From assembly GCA_038116745.1 (NCBI GenBank), contig JAYODW010000008.1, forward strand, positions 25,094-89,093: a DNA stretch of 64,000 bases, written 5' to 3'. The translations under genes and the position numbers were made by a program. The number at the start of each line of letters is the position of its first letter. Positions within the stretch are counted from its first letter, which is position 1. Under the pieces are notes generated by a model. The model was not told the origin of the DNA and did not search any database. It saw only the letters and a program-made list of their open reading frames with translations. This document shows positions 8,370 through 16,751 of this stretch, piece after piece. The stretch is from Gammaproteobacteria bacterium (lineage in GTDB: Bacteria; Pseudomonadota; Gammaproteobacteria; Ga0077536).

Positions 8370-9485
8370 TTATTCAAACCCGTAGCGGGGATAAGGGCCA
8401 TTCATGGTGTGTTCGAAATGCGCCATCCCCTCGGCGCCGTTGGCTTCCACCATGATCATTGGAAATTCAGTCGGGCCGAGACGGTGTTTTTCCGGCACAT
8501 GCGGCGGGCCTCCCGCACCGGGGCCCGGTTCAGCGGGATAGCTGTCGTGCTCCACCACCTCCGGTCCACGATACACGCCCGCGGACAGTCCGTCGGACCA
8601 GCCCCGGTAGTAACCACCACCCTGAACATCGGCCGGCGTGCCCTGAAGCTCCAGGGTATAGCGCCGGGTAACGCCGTCCTCACCGTCGAGCTCAATTCGC
8701 CCGCCACGCGGCCAGCGCGAGCCTGCGATGTAGTCCAGCTCGTGGCGCACAGCTGTCAGCCTGACCGAACGCCCGTCGATGTAGTCGAGCCTTCCTTCGA
8801 AATCGATTGTGCGACCGTCCGGGGTTTCATGGGTGTTGTAGAACCCACAGTGATCCGCCACCTGAAACGGCACCCACATGCGCAGGGCACGCCGCTCCGG
8901 CTCTTCGTCCTGCCGGTCGATGCCCTTGATCCCGGTCGGCACCGCCATCGATGAGCGCACGCCCCAGGAGTGGTCCCGCATTGCGTGCCAACCGTCGATG
9001 GCAAAGGATTCGCCATGCACCCGGGCTTCCCCGGTAGCCCGGCAGATCTGGGTGTAGCGGATGAGGTCATTGACCACTGCACCGAATTTGAAATGCTGAT
9101 AGCGATCTTCGATCACCGGCGGCGCCTGCGCTTCCAGGATCACGTTAAATTCGACCGCGGCCGGGTTGTCCCCGGCGATGAGCCGCAGGCGCTTCATTGG
9201 CTCGACGATTTCATAGCGGATCGGACCGACGTCGAGCTCGCCATAGCGCGGGTGCAGTGCACGTGAGGCGCGCAGCGAGGTCTGCCGGTGGGCGTGTGCG
9301 ACCGTGGCCCAGCCGTCAATGACGTTGACATTCGGATGCAGCCGGAGGCCAGTGCAGAAATACCACTCCGGCGCGTAGAACGCGCAGAAATAGCCGTCGT
9401 TGTAGTGCGCGTCCGTGGTGGCTGCAGTCGCGAAAGGGGTCGGGGACTGATGGAAGGGAAAATCGTCGAAAGGACTCAAACGCAT
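8370..9485 (-). CDS. Conserved hypothetical beta-rich protein (possibly AttH/tocopherol-cyclase-like fold)
   Basis: 371-aa ORF inside the operon with an N-terminal DDFPFHQ and an internal RDHSWGVR motif. The fold call is inference. Confidence 0.65.
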   Translation of the reverse strand: MRLSPFDDFPFHQSPTPFATAATTDAHYNDGYFCAFYAPEWYFCTGLRLHPNVNVIDGWATVAHAHRQTSLRASRALHPRYGELDVGPIRYEIVEPMKRLRLIAGDNPAAVEFNVILEAQAPPVIEDRYQHFKFGAVVNDLIRYTQICRATGEARVHGESFAIDGWHAMRDHSWGVRSSMAVPTGIKGIDRQDEEPERRALRMWVPFQVADHCGFYNTHETPDGRTIDFEGRLDYIDGRSVRLTAVRHELDYIAGSRWPRGGRIELDGEDGVTRRYTLELQGTPADVQGGGYYRGWSDGLSAGVYRGPEVVEHDSYPAEPGPGAGGPPHVPEKHRLGPTEFPMIMVEANGAEGMAHFEHTMNGPYPRYGFE

Positions 9486-9503
9486 GTTCGCGCTCCGCTG
9501 GCT

Positions 9504-10994
9504 TCAGGCGCTGGCCTGAACGCCGCTGTCGTTACGCTTGAGCACGAGATCGCCCGTCGCACCTGAAACGATCACCTGGCGGGGACGCTTCAGGGGCAGC
9601 AGGTGATTCAGCAGATCGTTCATACCCATGCGATCGTGGAAATCATAGGTCCGCTTGACCGGTCCGGCAGCACGGGTGGCCGCCAGATCTTCGGCCGGCG
9701 CCAGATAGCGCAACAGCAGTTCTTCATCACTCAGATGCCTGCCGCCATACTGCTCACGAACCTCCTTGAGGCTGGGCTGAGGACGGGTCCAGTCCGCAAA
9801 GCGTTTGCCGTGCGCAGAGTTCAGTACCTTGTCCCGCACCGTCTCGCTGATCGGCGCCGGCGGCGTCCCGTAGTGACCGGCAAGATAAAGCACGCTCTCG
9901 TCCGGCACGGTACCCCAGCGCTCGCCCGTGACAACGTTCAGCACCGACTGAATGCCGATGATCTGCGAGAACGGTGTCGCGGAGATGGGGTGCCCCATCT
10001 CTTCTCGCACCCGCACTGTCTCCTCCAGCACCTCGGGCAGCTTGTCCTGCATGCCGTACTGCGCGAGCTGCGCCTTCAGCGTGCCGGTCATGCCCCCCGG
10101 CAGGTGATGGCGATAGGCAAACGCGCTGTACTCATTGGGCGTCCCGGTCAGCCATTGCTCCTGAGCGGCAATGCGTTCGCAGTGCTCCGCAATCGCCGGC
10201 AGTACAGCGGTGTCAATGCGGTGCGTGTGGCCGAGCCAGTGGATGTTTTCGAGCGTCTGCTCCGTGGACGGCAGGGACGGCCCGTTGGCCAGGGGCCGCG
10301 AGCAGGTGTGCAGGATCGTCGCCCCGGCCTCGAGCGCGATCACGTAGTTCAGCGCACCCATGCCGGTCGTGTTGTGAAAGTGAAACTCGATCGGCAGATC
10401 GCCTGCTGCATCAAGCAGGGCTGGCACCAGGCTACGCGCGCGATCCGGCGTCAGGATCCCGGGAGCATCCTCGATATAGAACCCGGACACACACCCCCAG
10501 GCAGCCATTTCGCGCACACGGGCTGCGAACCACTCGTCGGTATGCACCGGTGAGATGCCGTACATGATCGCGCCCAGCGCCTGTGCGCCGGTGTCGTGTA
10601 TGACCTGACACAGGCGCTGCATCTGGTCGAGGTTATAGAGACAGTCATAGACCCAGAAGCTGTTCAGGCCATGGCGCACCAGAGTCTGCACCCACAGATC
10701 GAGCAGCACATTCGGCGTCATCCCGAAGGTGCCAATGCGATTGCTGCCGACGCCGCAGCGGAACGGGACGTCCGGCATCCACTGACGCCACAGGTCCAGA
10801 CCTTCCCAGGGGTCTTCCTTGGAGTAGCGCACAGTGCACTCGAACATTGAGCTGCCGGTGATGTCGACCGCACGATAGCCGGCGCGATTCACCAGCGGCG
10901 CCACTGCTTCGAGCATGCCGGTGCGGATCCGCATACCCCAAAGGCTCTGCTGGCCGTCGCGAAAAGTCTGGTCGACGATCTCGATCTGTGCCAT
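9504..10994 (-). CDS. Biotin-dependent carboxylase, carboxyltransferase subunit, paralog 1
   Basis: Same motifs as 1189-2652. ATG at 10994 with an AGGAG RBS upstream, and its N-terminus aligns with the paralog. Confidence 0.88.
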   Translation of the reverse strand: MAQIEIVDQTFRDGQQSLWGMRIRTGMLEAVAPLVNRAGYRAVDITGSSMFECTVRYSKEDPWEGLDLWRQWMPDVPFRCGVGSNRIGTFGMTPNVLLDLWVQTLVRHGLNSFWVYDCLYNLDQMQRLCQVIHDTGAQALGAIMYGISPVHTDEWFAARVREMAAWGCVSGFYIEDAPGILTPDRARSLVPALLDAAGDLPIEFHFHNTTGMGALNYVIALEAGATILHTCSRPLANGPSLPSTEQTLENIHWLGHTHRIDTAVLPAIAEHCERIAAQEQWLTGTPNEYSAFAYRHHLPGGMTGTLKAQLAQYGMQDKLPEVLEETVRVREEMGHPISATPFSQIIGIQSVLNVVTGERWGTVPDESVLYLAGHYGTPPAPISETVRDKVLNSAHGKRFADWTRPQPSLKEVREQYGGRHLSDEELLLRYLAPAEDLAATRAAGPVKRTYDFHDRMGMNDLLNHLLPLKRPRQVIVSGATGDLVLKRNDSGVQASA

Positions 10995-11070
10995 CGCGAT
11001 GCTCCTGTGCTGAATCACCGCCCGCCTCGGCGGGACCAGCAGGGTTTTTCAGTCGGGACGGTCGCCGGAC

Positions 11071-11868
11071 TCAGCGGGTTCCGCCGCGCCGCGTGCGTTC
11101 CGGCTGACGCGGGGGCTCGGGACGCGCGCCCTTGGCGAAGCGATCCATACCGGCCATGGCCTGCGGCGCGACAGAGGGTGCATGACACAGCTCGACTTCC
11201 AGCTCGAGTCCGGCTTCGAGCGACATTCCAACCGTCGCCAACGCCGCCTTACGGTCGGCCCGGATCCCGTCCTGCGGATACCCGGCGATGTGCTGCGCCA
11301 ACGCCAGGGCGCGGTCTACCGCGGTGCCCGCATCCACCACTTCCTGTGCCAGCCCCATGGCCAGCGCGCGATCGGCTTCGATCTCCATGCCGGTCTCGAT
11401 CATGTACAGCGCATTGCCGTAACCAAGCAGGCGCGGCAGGCGCTGAGTGCCGCCGTCGGCAAGCGGTAAACCCCAGCGCTTGTTCAACAGGCCCATACGC
11501 GCGTTCTCGTCCACGATGCGGATGTCGCACCACACGGCTAGCTCCACACCACCAGCCCAGCAGTTGCCGTTGATAGCCGCGATCGTGGGTTTGCCCGGGT
11601 CGAGCTTGCAGAAACCCATAGGCCCGGCGTCCTGCGTGTGCCGATGCTCGAACAGCTCTCGCATCCCTTTCAGATTAGCTCCGGCGCAAAAAGTGACACC
11701 GCCGGCACCGGCGATTACCAGCACCGACTGCGCGACATCATTGCCGAAATCGGTAATGGCGTCGGCCAGCAGGCAGGCCAGTTCGTCGTCAACATTGTTG
11801 TGAACTTCGGGCCGGTTCAGAGTCAGCAGGGTCACAGCGCCCTGCTTTTCGATCAACAGCTTGGACAT
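11071..11868 (-). CDS. Crotonase/enoyl-CoA hydratase family protein
   Basis: LTLNRPE, FCAGANL, KPTIAAING, PLADGGTQRLPRLLG. Start moved to ATG 11868 (AGGA upstream). Confidence 0.9.
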   Translation of the reverse strand: MSKLLIEKQGAVTLLTLNRPEVHNNVDDELACLLADAITDFGNDVAQSVLVIAGAGGVTFCAGANLKGMRELFEHRHTQDAGPMGFCKLDPGKPTIAAINGNCWAGGVELAVWCDIRIVDENARMGLLNKRWGLPLADGGTQRLPRLLGYGNALYMIETGMEIEADRALAMGLAQEVVDAGTAVDRALALAQHIAGYPQDGIRADRKAALATVGMSLEAGLELEVELCHAPSVAPQAMAGMDRFAKGARPEPPRQPERTRRGGTR

Positions 11869-11990
11869 GATGAGGTTCCTTGACGCAGGCGGCACGCGCC
11901 TGCCGGGGCGGACGTCAGACGGACCCGACGTCCACGGCGACTGCTCCCCGGAACGGCGGACCGCGATGCTAGCGAGGGTCTGAAAAACAC

Positions 11991-12035
11991 GACAAGCCCG
12001 GTTTCTGTCAACGTCTGTTCTTTATGTGACAAGCC
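11991..12035. promoter_or_regulatory. Candidate regulatory element in the divergent intergenic region (minus-strand TTGACA, TGTCA-N16-TGACA inverted repeat, GACAAGCC direct repeat)
   Basis: tgtcaa at 12006-12011, tgaca at 12027-12031, gacaagcc at 11991-11998 and 12028-12035. No consensus -10 box found. Confidence 0.3.
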
Positions 12036-12219
12036 AGACAGCGCCGCCGGCACCCGATCCTGAGACGGCCCTGGGCGCATGGTCCGGCCACTCCACCCGG
12101 GTAAACGAGCGCGGTCTGATTGCCACCCTCCTCCCCCGCGATGCGCTAATCTCGCGGGCCTGAACAGACCCCCGACGCGCCGGATAAGCCGCAGCGTCAG
12201 CCAACGGAGAATCACATCC

Positions 12220-12906
12220 ATGTCTACCGTATTGATCACCGGCGCCAATCGCGGCATCGGGCTGGAACTTGTCAAAGCTTACGCTGCGCGCGGCGATGAA
12301 GTGCTCGCCTGCTGCCGTAGCCCTGACGCCGCCACCGAACTGGCAGCGGTCGCAGGCGCCGTGACCTTGCTCGAAGTGCAGGTCAGCGAACAGGCCTCCG
12401 TTGCCAGGCTGGCCGAAACGCTTGCCGGACGCGCAGTTGATACCTTAATTAATAACGCCGGCACCCTCGGTCCAGCCTACGAGGATCAATCGCTGCTGAA
12501 AATGGATTTCGATGGCTGGAACGAAGCTTTTGCCGTCAATACCCTGGCCCCGGTCCGCGTCATGCAGGCGCTGCTGCCTAACCTGCGCGCCAGCAGCAAC
12601 CCCAGGCTGGTCAACATCACATCCCAGATGGGCGCTATCTCCCTGGACATGACCGTCGCCTACGCCTACTGCTGTACGAAAGCCGCTCTCAACAAGTTCA
12701 TGAAGCTTGCTGCCGTCGAACTCGGCGCCGAGGGCATCAATGTATGCCTGATCCATCCGGGCTGGGTGCGCACCGACATGGGCGGACCGGGCGCAGATAT
12801 TTCGCCGGAAGAAAGCGCAGCCGGGATCGTGCGGACGGTCGAAAAACTCAACGCTGAGACCAACGGCAGCTTCTGGAAATGGAATGGTGAGACCCACGAC
12901 TGGTGA
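12220..12906 (+). CDS. SDR family oxidoreductase (CsgA/C-factor-like)
   Basis: TGANRGIG, NNAG, YCCTK (YxxxK) and HPGWVRTDMGG motifs. GGAGA RBS before ATG 12220. Confidence 0.92.
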   Translation: MSTVLITGANRGIGLELVKAYAARGDEVLACCRSPDAATELAAVAGAVTLLEVQVSEQASVARLAETLAGRAVDTLINNAGTLGPAYEDQSLLKMDFDGWNEAFAVNTLAPVRVMQALLPNLRASSNPRLVNITSQMGAISLDMTVAYAYCCTKAALNKFMKLAAVELGAEGINVCLIHPGWVRTDMGGPGADISPEESAAGIVRTVEKLNAETNGSFWKWNGETHDW

Positions 12907-12942
12907 CGGTCGCGCTCAGCCCGGCTGCGCACGGGCAGCCTT

Positions 12943-13980
12943 TTACAGCGCCGAGACGATCTCAGCCAGGACGTCGCGGTCCTCCCCGGACACTACCGGG
13001 ATGCTGACCTCCACCCGGTCGATCAGGTCGCCGTAGCGTTCGCGCAGACTGGCCGCCAGCTCTTCATAGCGGGCAACGACGACCCATTCGTGCAGCACCT
13101 CGTCGTCAACCAGCGCTGCCATCTCAGACCAGCGCTGAGCTTTGGACAGACGACTCATTTCAGCCGCCAGGTCGCCCAGTCCGACCCGCTCGAAAGGCGC
13201 GCGATAAGCTGGCGTGCTGACATAAAAAGCGAGGCGTTGGCGGGCGAATTCAACCCGGGAAGCCAGAGTCGCCTCGTCTGCAGCGGTTGCAATGAGGGGT
13301 TTCAGACAGACCTCAAAAATTTGCCTGTCGGCGCGCTTTGCCGCGATCGCCGGATGAACAACATCACGGATGTAACGCGCTGAGCACACCGGATGCAGCC
13401 GCACACCGTCTGCCACCTCCGCCGCGACCCCGCACATGTACGGATTAACAGCCGCCATCAGGATCGGGATCTGCGGACACTCGATAGGTGCGGGCGTAAA
13501 CAGCGGTACGGAAAGGTTGAGTTTGAAGTAGCGGCTCTCAAACTCGAGCTTTTTCCCGGCCTGCCAGCTCTGCCAGATGGCGCGCACCGCATTAATGTAG
13601 TCACGCATCCACGGGCCCGGCGGATGCCATTCCATACCGAAACGACGCTGCACGTGTCCACGCACCTGGGTGCCAAGACCAAGCTCAAAACGACCGTGTG
13701 AGATCTTCTGCAGGGTCCAGGCGGACATCGCCGTCACGTAAGGACTCCGCGCGAATGCGATCGCAACGGACGTCCCCAGGTGGACCCGGCGGCTATGGCA
13801 TGCCGCCAGCGCCAGCACCGGAAAAGGGTCGTCCTTGGTCTCCTCCATGAGCAGCCCGTGGTAGCCGAGGTCGTCAACCAGCGTCGCATCAGCGGGCACC
13901 TGATCGAGGTTCAGTGGCGCTTCGGGGACAGCCAGCCCCGGATCCAGCTTGCCGAGAGGTAACAGAGTTTCTGCTTTCAT
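12943..13980 (-). CDS. LLM-class (putative F420-dependent, TIGR03617-like) oxidoreductase
   Basis: EETKDDPF, GTSVAIAFARSP, GRFELGLGTQV and AFYVSTPAY motifs. Confidence 0.85.
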   Translation of the reverse strand: MKAETLLPLGKLDPGLAVPEAPLNLDQVPADATLVDDLGYHGLLMEETKDDPFPVLALAACHSRRVHLGTSVAIAFARSPYVTAMSAWTLQKISHGRFELGLGTQVRGHVQRRFGMEWHPPGPWMRDYINAVRAIWQSWQAGKKLEFESRYFKLNLSVPLFTPAPIECPQIPILMAAVNPYMCGVAAEVADGVRLHPVCSARYIRDVVHPAIAAKRADRQIFEVCLKPLIATAADEATLASRVEFARQRLAFYVSTPAYRAPFERVGLGDLAAEMSRLSKAQRWSEMAALVDDEVLHEWVVVARYEELAASLRERYGDLIDRVEVSIPVVSGEDRDVLAEIVSAL

Positions 13981-14037
13981 CTTGTCGGTATCTCGCGCGT
14001 CGAGAGGTAGTGGCCCATCACGAGCGCGAGATGCTCG

Positions 14038-16530
14038 CTAGAGACGGATACGGACGCCTACCCAGCCTGCCACAGGCGCGCCGGCACCGAGGAAAATCGG
14101 GCTTGTGTTGGCCAGCCCGGGGATCACCTCTGAGGGATCTTCCCCAATCAGTCCAAAGCTCTCGTAATCCTTGTCGAACAGATTGGTCACCTTGGCGAAA
14201 ACTTCCAGGCGATCGTTGTGCCGGTAAGCGCCGCGCAGATTGACTACGGCGTAGCCGGGAATTTCGTCGAGCTGGTTCGACTCATCGCCACGCAGGTACT
14301 GGCCCGAGTTGTAAAGCAGCTCGACCCCGAATCGGAATTTTTCCGTAAGAGCGTAGTCCGTGTTCACTTTGAGCTGATGATCAGACACACCGGGTATGCG
14401 GTCGCCAGCTTCCACCGCCAGCTCACCCTCTGCGTCGGCGAACGGATGGTTCGGACTGAGGACCTTGAAGTCGTCTTCGAAAGTGGCGCGGATATAGCTG
14501 TAGGCGAGCGACCAGTCCAACGCGCCGAATTCTCCGGCAAACGCGGATTCAAAGCCCTCGCGCCGGGTCTCATCAACATTGGCGAACAGTCCCGTGCCGC
14601 GCCCGGTGGTCTGAAAAATGATGTCGTCCTTATTGTTGGTCCTGAAATAACCCAGGCGATGAGAGATGCCGCTCCACTCGCCGCGGATCCCGAGCTCGAA
14701 GCTTTTGGCGATCACATCATCGAGCGGCGGGTCTGCCAGAAACGCATTGGGCAGGCGGCACTCGAGATCGATATCGTTGGGGTCCTCGCCCTCGGCAATT
14801 GCGTTCGCTCTGGCCTGTGAGAACACGCCCTCGTTGCACGCGAGCTCTATCGGTGTCGGCGCGCGCGACGACTCGCTGTAGCTGCCATAGGCGTTCAGGC
14901 CCTCGGCGACGTCAAAGGTCAGACCGGCGGTGGGATTTAACCTCGAAAAATGGTGGTCGCCGTTCAGCTCCGGCCGTTCCCCGGAGCGGTCGCGAAGCTT
15001 GACCCGGGTATCGTTCAAACGGCCGCCTACCGTAATCGTCAGTCGCTCGGTCAAATCAAAGGCATCGAGCACATAAGCGCTCCAGGAGCGGGTTGAAGTC
15101 GAGACATCGGTTGCTTCTTCGTCGACAAAGGTGCCGACGCCGAGCCCGAAGGTACTGCGCGTCGCCGGGTCCAGGAGCGCGAGCTCGGTCAGCGATTCAA
15201 AATCGGCCTCGCCTTTGAAATAGCTGCCGCCGAGGACGAAATGGTTCCCCCGCCCCAGGATGCGCCCCTGGTAGGTCAGGTGCAGGTCGAATCCGTGCGC
15301 GTCCTGATCCCGTTTGGAGGTGTTATTGATCGCCTCATCACTCAAGACGCCGGTACCGCTGAGCTCATCCGCGCTCAGCTCATCCAGTGAAAAGAGGTCT
15401 TCCCCGGCGAGGGCATTCAGCGCGGCTTCGAGCTGGTCAACATCCGCCACGCCGAGACTGTTCTGCTCGCAGACATCATCTTCATCCAGTCCGAGCTCTT
15501 CGAGATCATCCTCTTCCAGTCCCTCCAGCAAAGCTTCACCGCTGCTGAGATCGCAGATCGAGAATTCAGAGCTGTCGCCGTTGAAGGATTCCGTGTCGGT
15601 AGCCCGGTAGAAGCCATTCAGGTCAACGCTGAGTTCGTCGCTGAAGCTGAATTCGCCCGCCACCGTGCCCATGTAGAGCTCGTTCTCGGTGATATCGGGG
15701 ACCGTGAACACGCCGTCCCGGTCCACCTCAAGCAGGCCGGCCGGCGCCGGTCCGTTGCCGCGCAGCTCAGAGTTACCGTACTGAAAAGTGGCGTCCAGAA
15801 GAGCGCGCTCCCCCCGGAAGCTGGAGCTGGCGAAGACGTTCAGCGCATCGGAATCGGACGATGCGCGCCAGCCGTCCTCTTCGAAATAGCTCACATTGAC
15901 GTAGTAACCGAGCGAACCGTTGTTACCACCGCTTTCCGCGCTCGTCGTCACGCGTTCCCACGCACCGCCGGATGCTTCGACCTGATGGCCTTCGAAGTTG
16001 AAGCCGTTTTTCATGTCGATGACCAGAGCGCCGCCCAGGGTGTTCAGACCGAACAGCGGATTGCTGCCCCCGACCAGATTCAGGCTGTTGATAGCGGACT
16101 CCGGCAGCAGATCCCAGTTCACCGCATCGCCCAGCGGCTCGTTAACCCGGGCACCGGACTGGTAGACCGCAATACCCTGCGCCAGGCCGAGCAGCGGTGA
16201 GACGGCGTAGCCGCGATACTGCACATCCGGCTGCAGCGGGTTGTTCTGTGCCGAGTTAATGCTGACGCTGCCCAGCTGCGCGTTCAGGAAGTCAGTCAGG
16301 TCGAGGGCGTTTGAACGCTCGAGGGCGTCCGCGTCAGCCGATTGCACGCTGTAGGGCAGTTTGTCCGCCACCATTCCAGGACCGCCTCCAGGGGTCGGCG
16401 CGACAATCAGAATCTCCTCATCAAAACCCGCACCCTCAGCGCACAGACCTGACTGCGCAAGGCCAGCAAAAAGTAAAGCGAAAATGCCCCGGATGCGGCG
16501 GGTGGCAGAGGGCGTTAATAAAACGGTCAT
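14038..16530 (-). CDS. TonB-dependent outer-membrane receptor
   Basis: Signal peptide, plug motifs (NPLQPDVQYRG, GSNPLFGLNTLGGAL), RAPTPIEL, and C-terminal NLFDKDY...GVRIRL. Confidence 0.92.
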   Translation of the reverse strand: MTVLLTPSATRRIRGIFALLFAGLAQSGLCAEGAGFDEEILIVAPTPGGGPGMVADKLPYSVQSADADALERSNALDLTDFLNAQLGSVSINSAQNNPLQPDVQYRGYAVSPLLGLAQGIAVYQSGARVNEPLGDAVNWDLLPESAINSLNLVGGSNPLFGLNTLGGALVIDMKNGFNFEGHQVEASGGAWERVTTSAESGGNNGSLGYYVNVSYFEEDGWRASSDSDALNVFASSSFRGERALLDATFQYGNSELRGNGPAPAGLLEVDRDGVFTVPDITENELYMGTVAGEFSFSDELSVDLNGFYRATDTESFNGDSSEFSICDLSSGEALLEGLEEDDLEELGLDEDDVCEQNSLGVADVDQLEAALNALAGEDLFSLDELSADELSGTGVLSDEAINNTSKRDQDAHGFDLHLTYQGRILGRGNHFVLGGSYFKGEADFESLTELALLDPATRSTFGLGVGTFVDEEATDVSTSTRSWSAYVLDAFDLTERLTITVGGRLNDTRVKLRDRSGERPELNGDHHFSRLNPTAGLTFDVAEGLNAYGSYSESSRAPTPIELACNEGVFSQARANAIAEGEDPNDIDLECRLPNAFLADPPLDDVIAKSFELGIRGEWSGISHRLGYFRTNNKDDIIFQTTGRGTGLFANVDETRREGFESAFAGEFGALDWSLAYSYIRATFEDDFKVLSPNHPFADAEGELAVEAGDRIPGVSDHQLKVNTDYALTEKFRFGVELLYNSGQYLRGDESNQLDEIPGYAVVNLRGAYRHNDRLEVFAKVTNLFDKDYESFGLIGEDPSEVIPGLANTSPIFLGAGAPVAGWVGVRIRL

Positions 16531-16751
16531 CAGAGCGGGGCAGACTTTGAACTCACTGCGGGCATGCTAGCAGACCGCCAGAAAGCCGCTCGGGCGCGAT
16601 TCGCGCTGCTGCCATTCACCCCGAGAGTCTGTAACATCACGACCGCGGGAGACTCCACCTCCACGGACCGATGCACTCGTGACCACCGTTTCGAGTAGTT
16701 CCAGCTCTATGGAAAAGGGCTGCAGAAATAAAAACAGGATAGATTTGCCCA

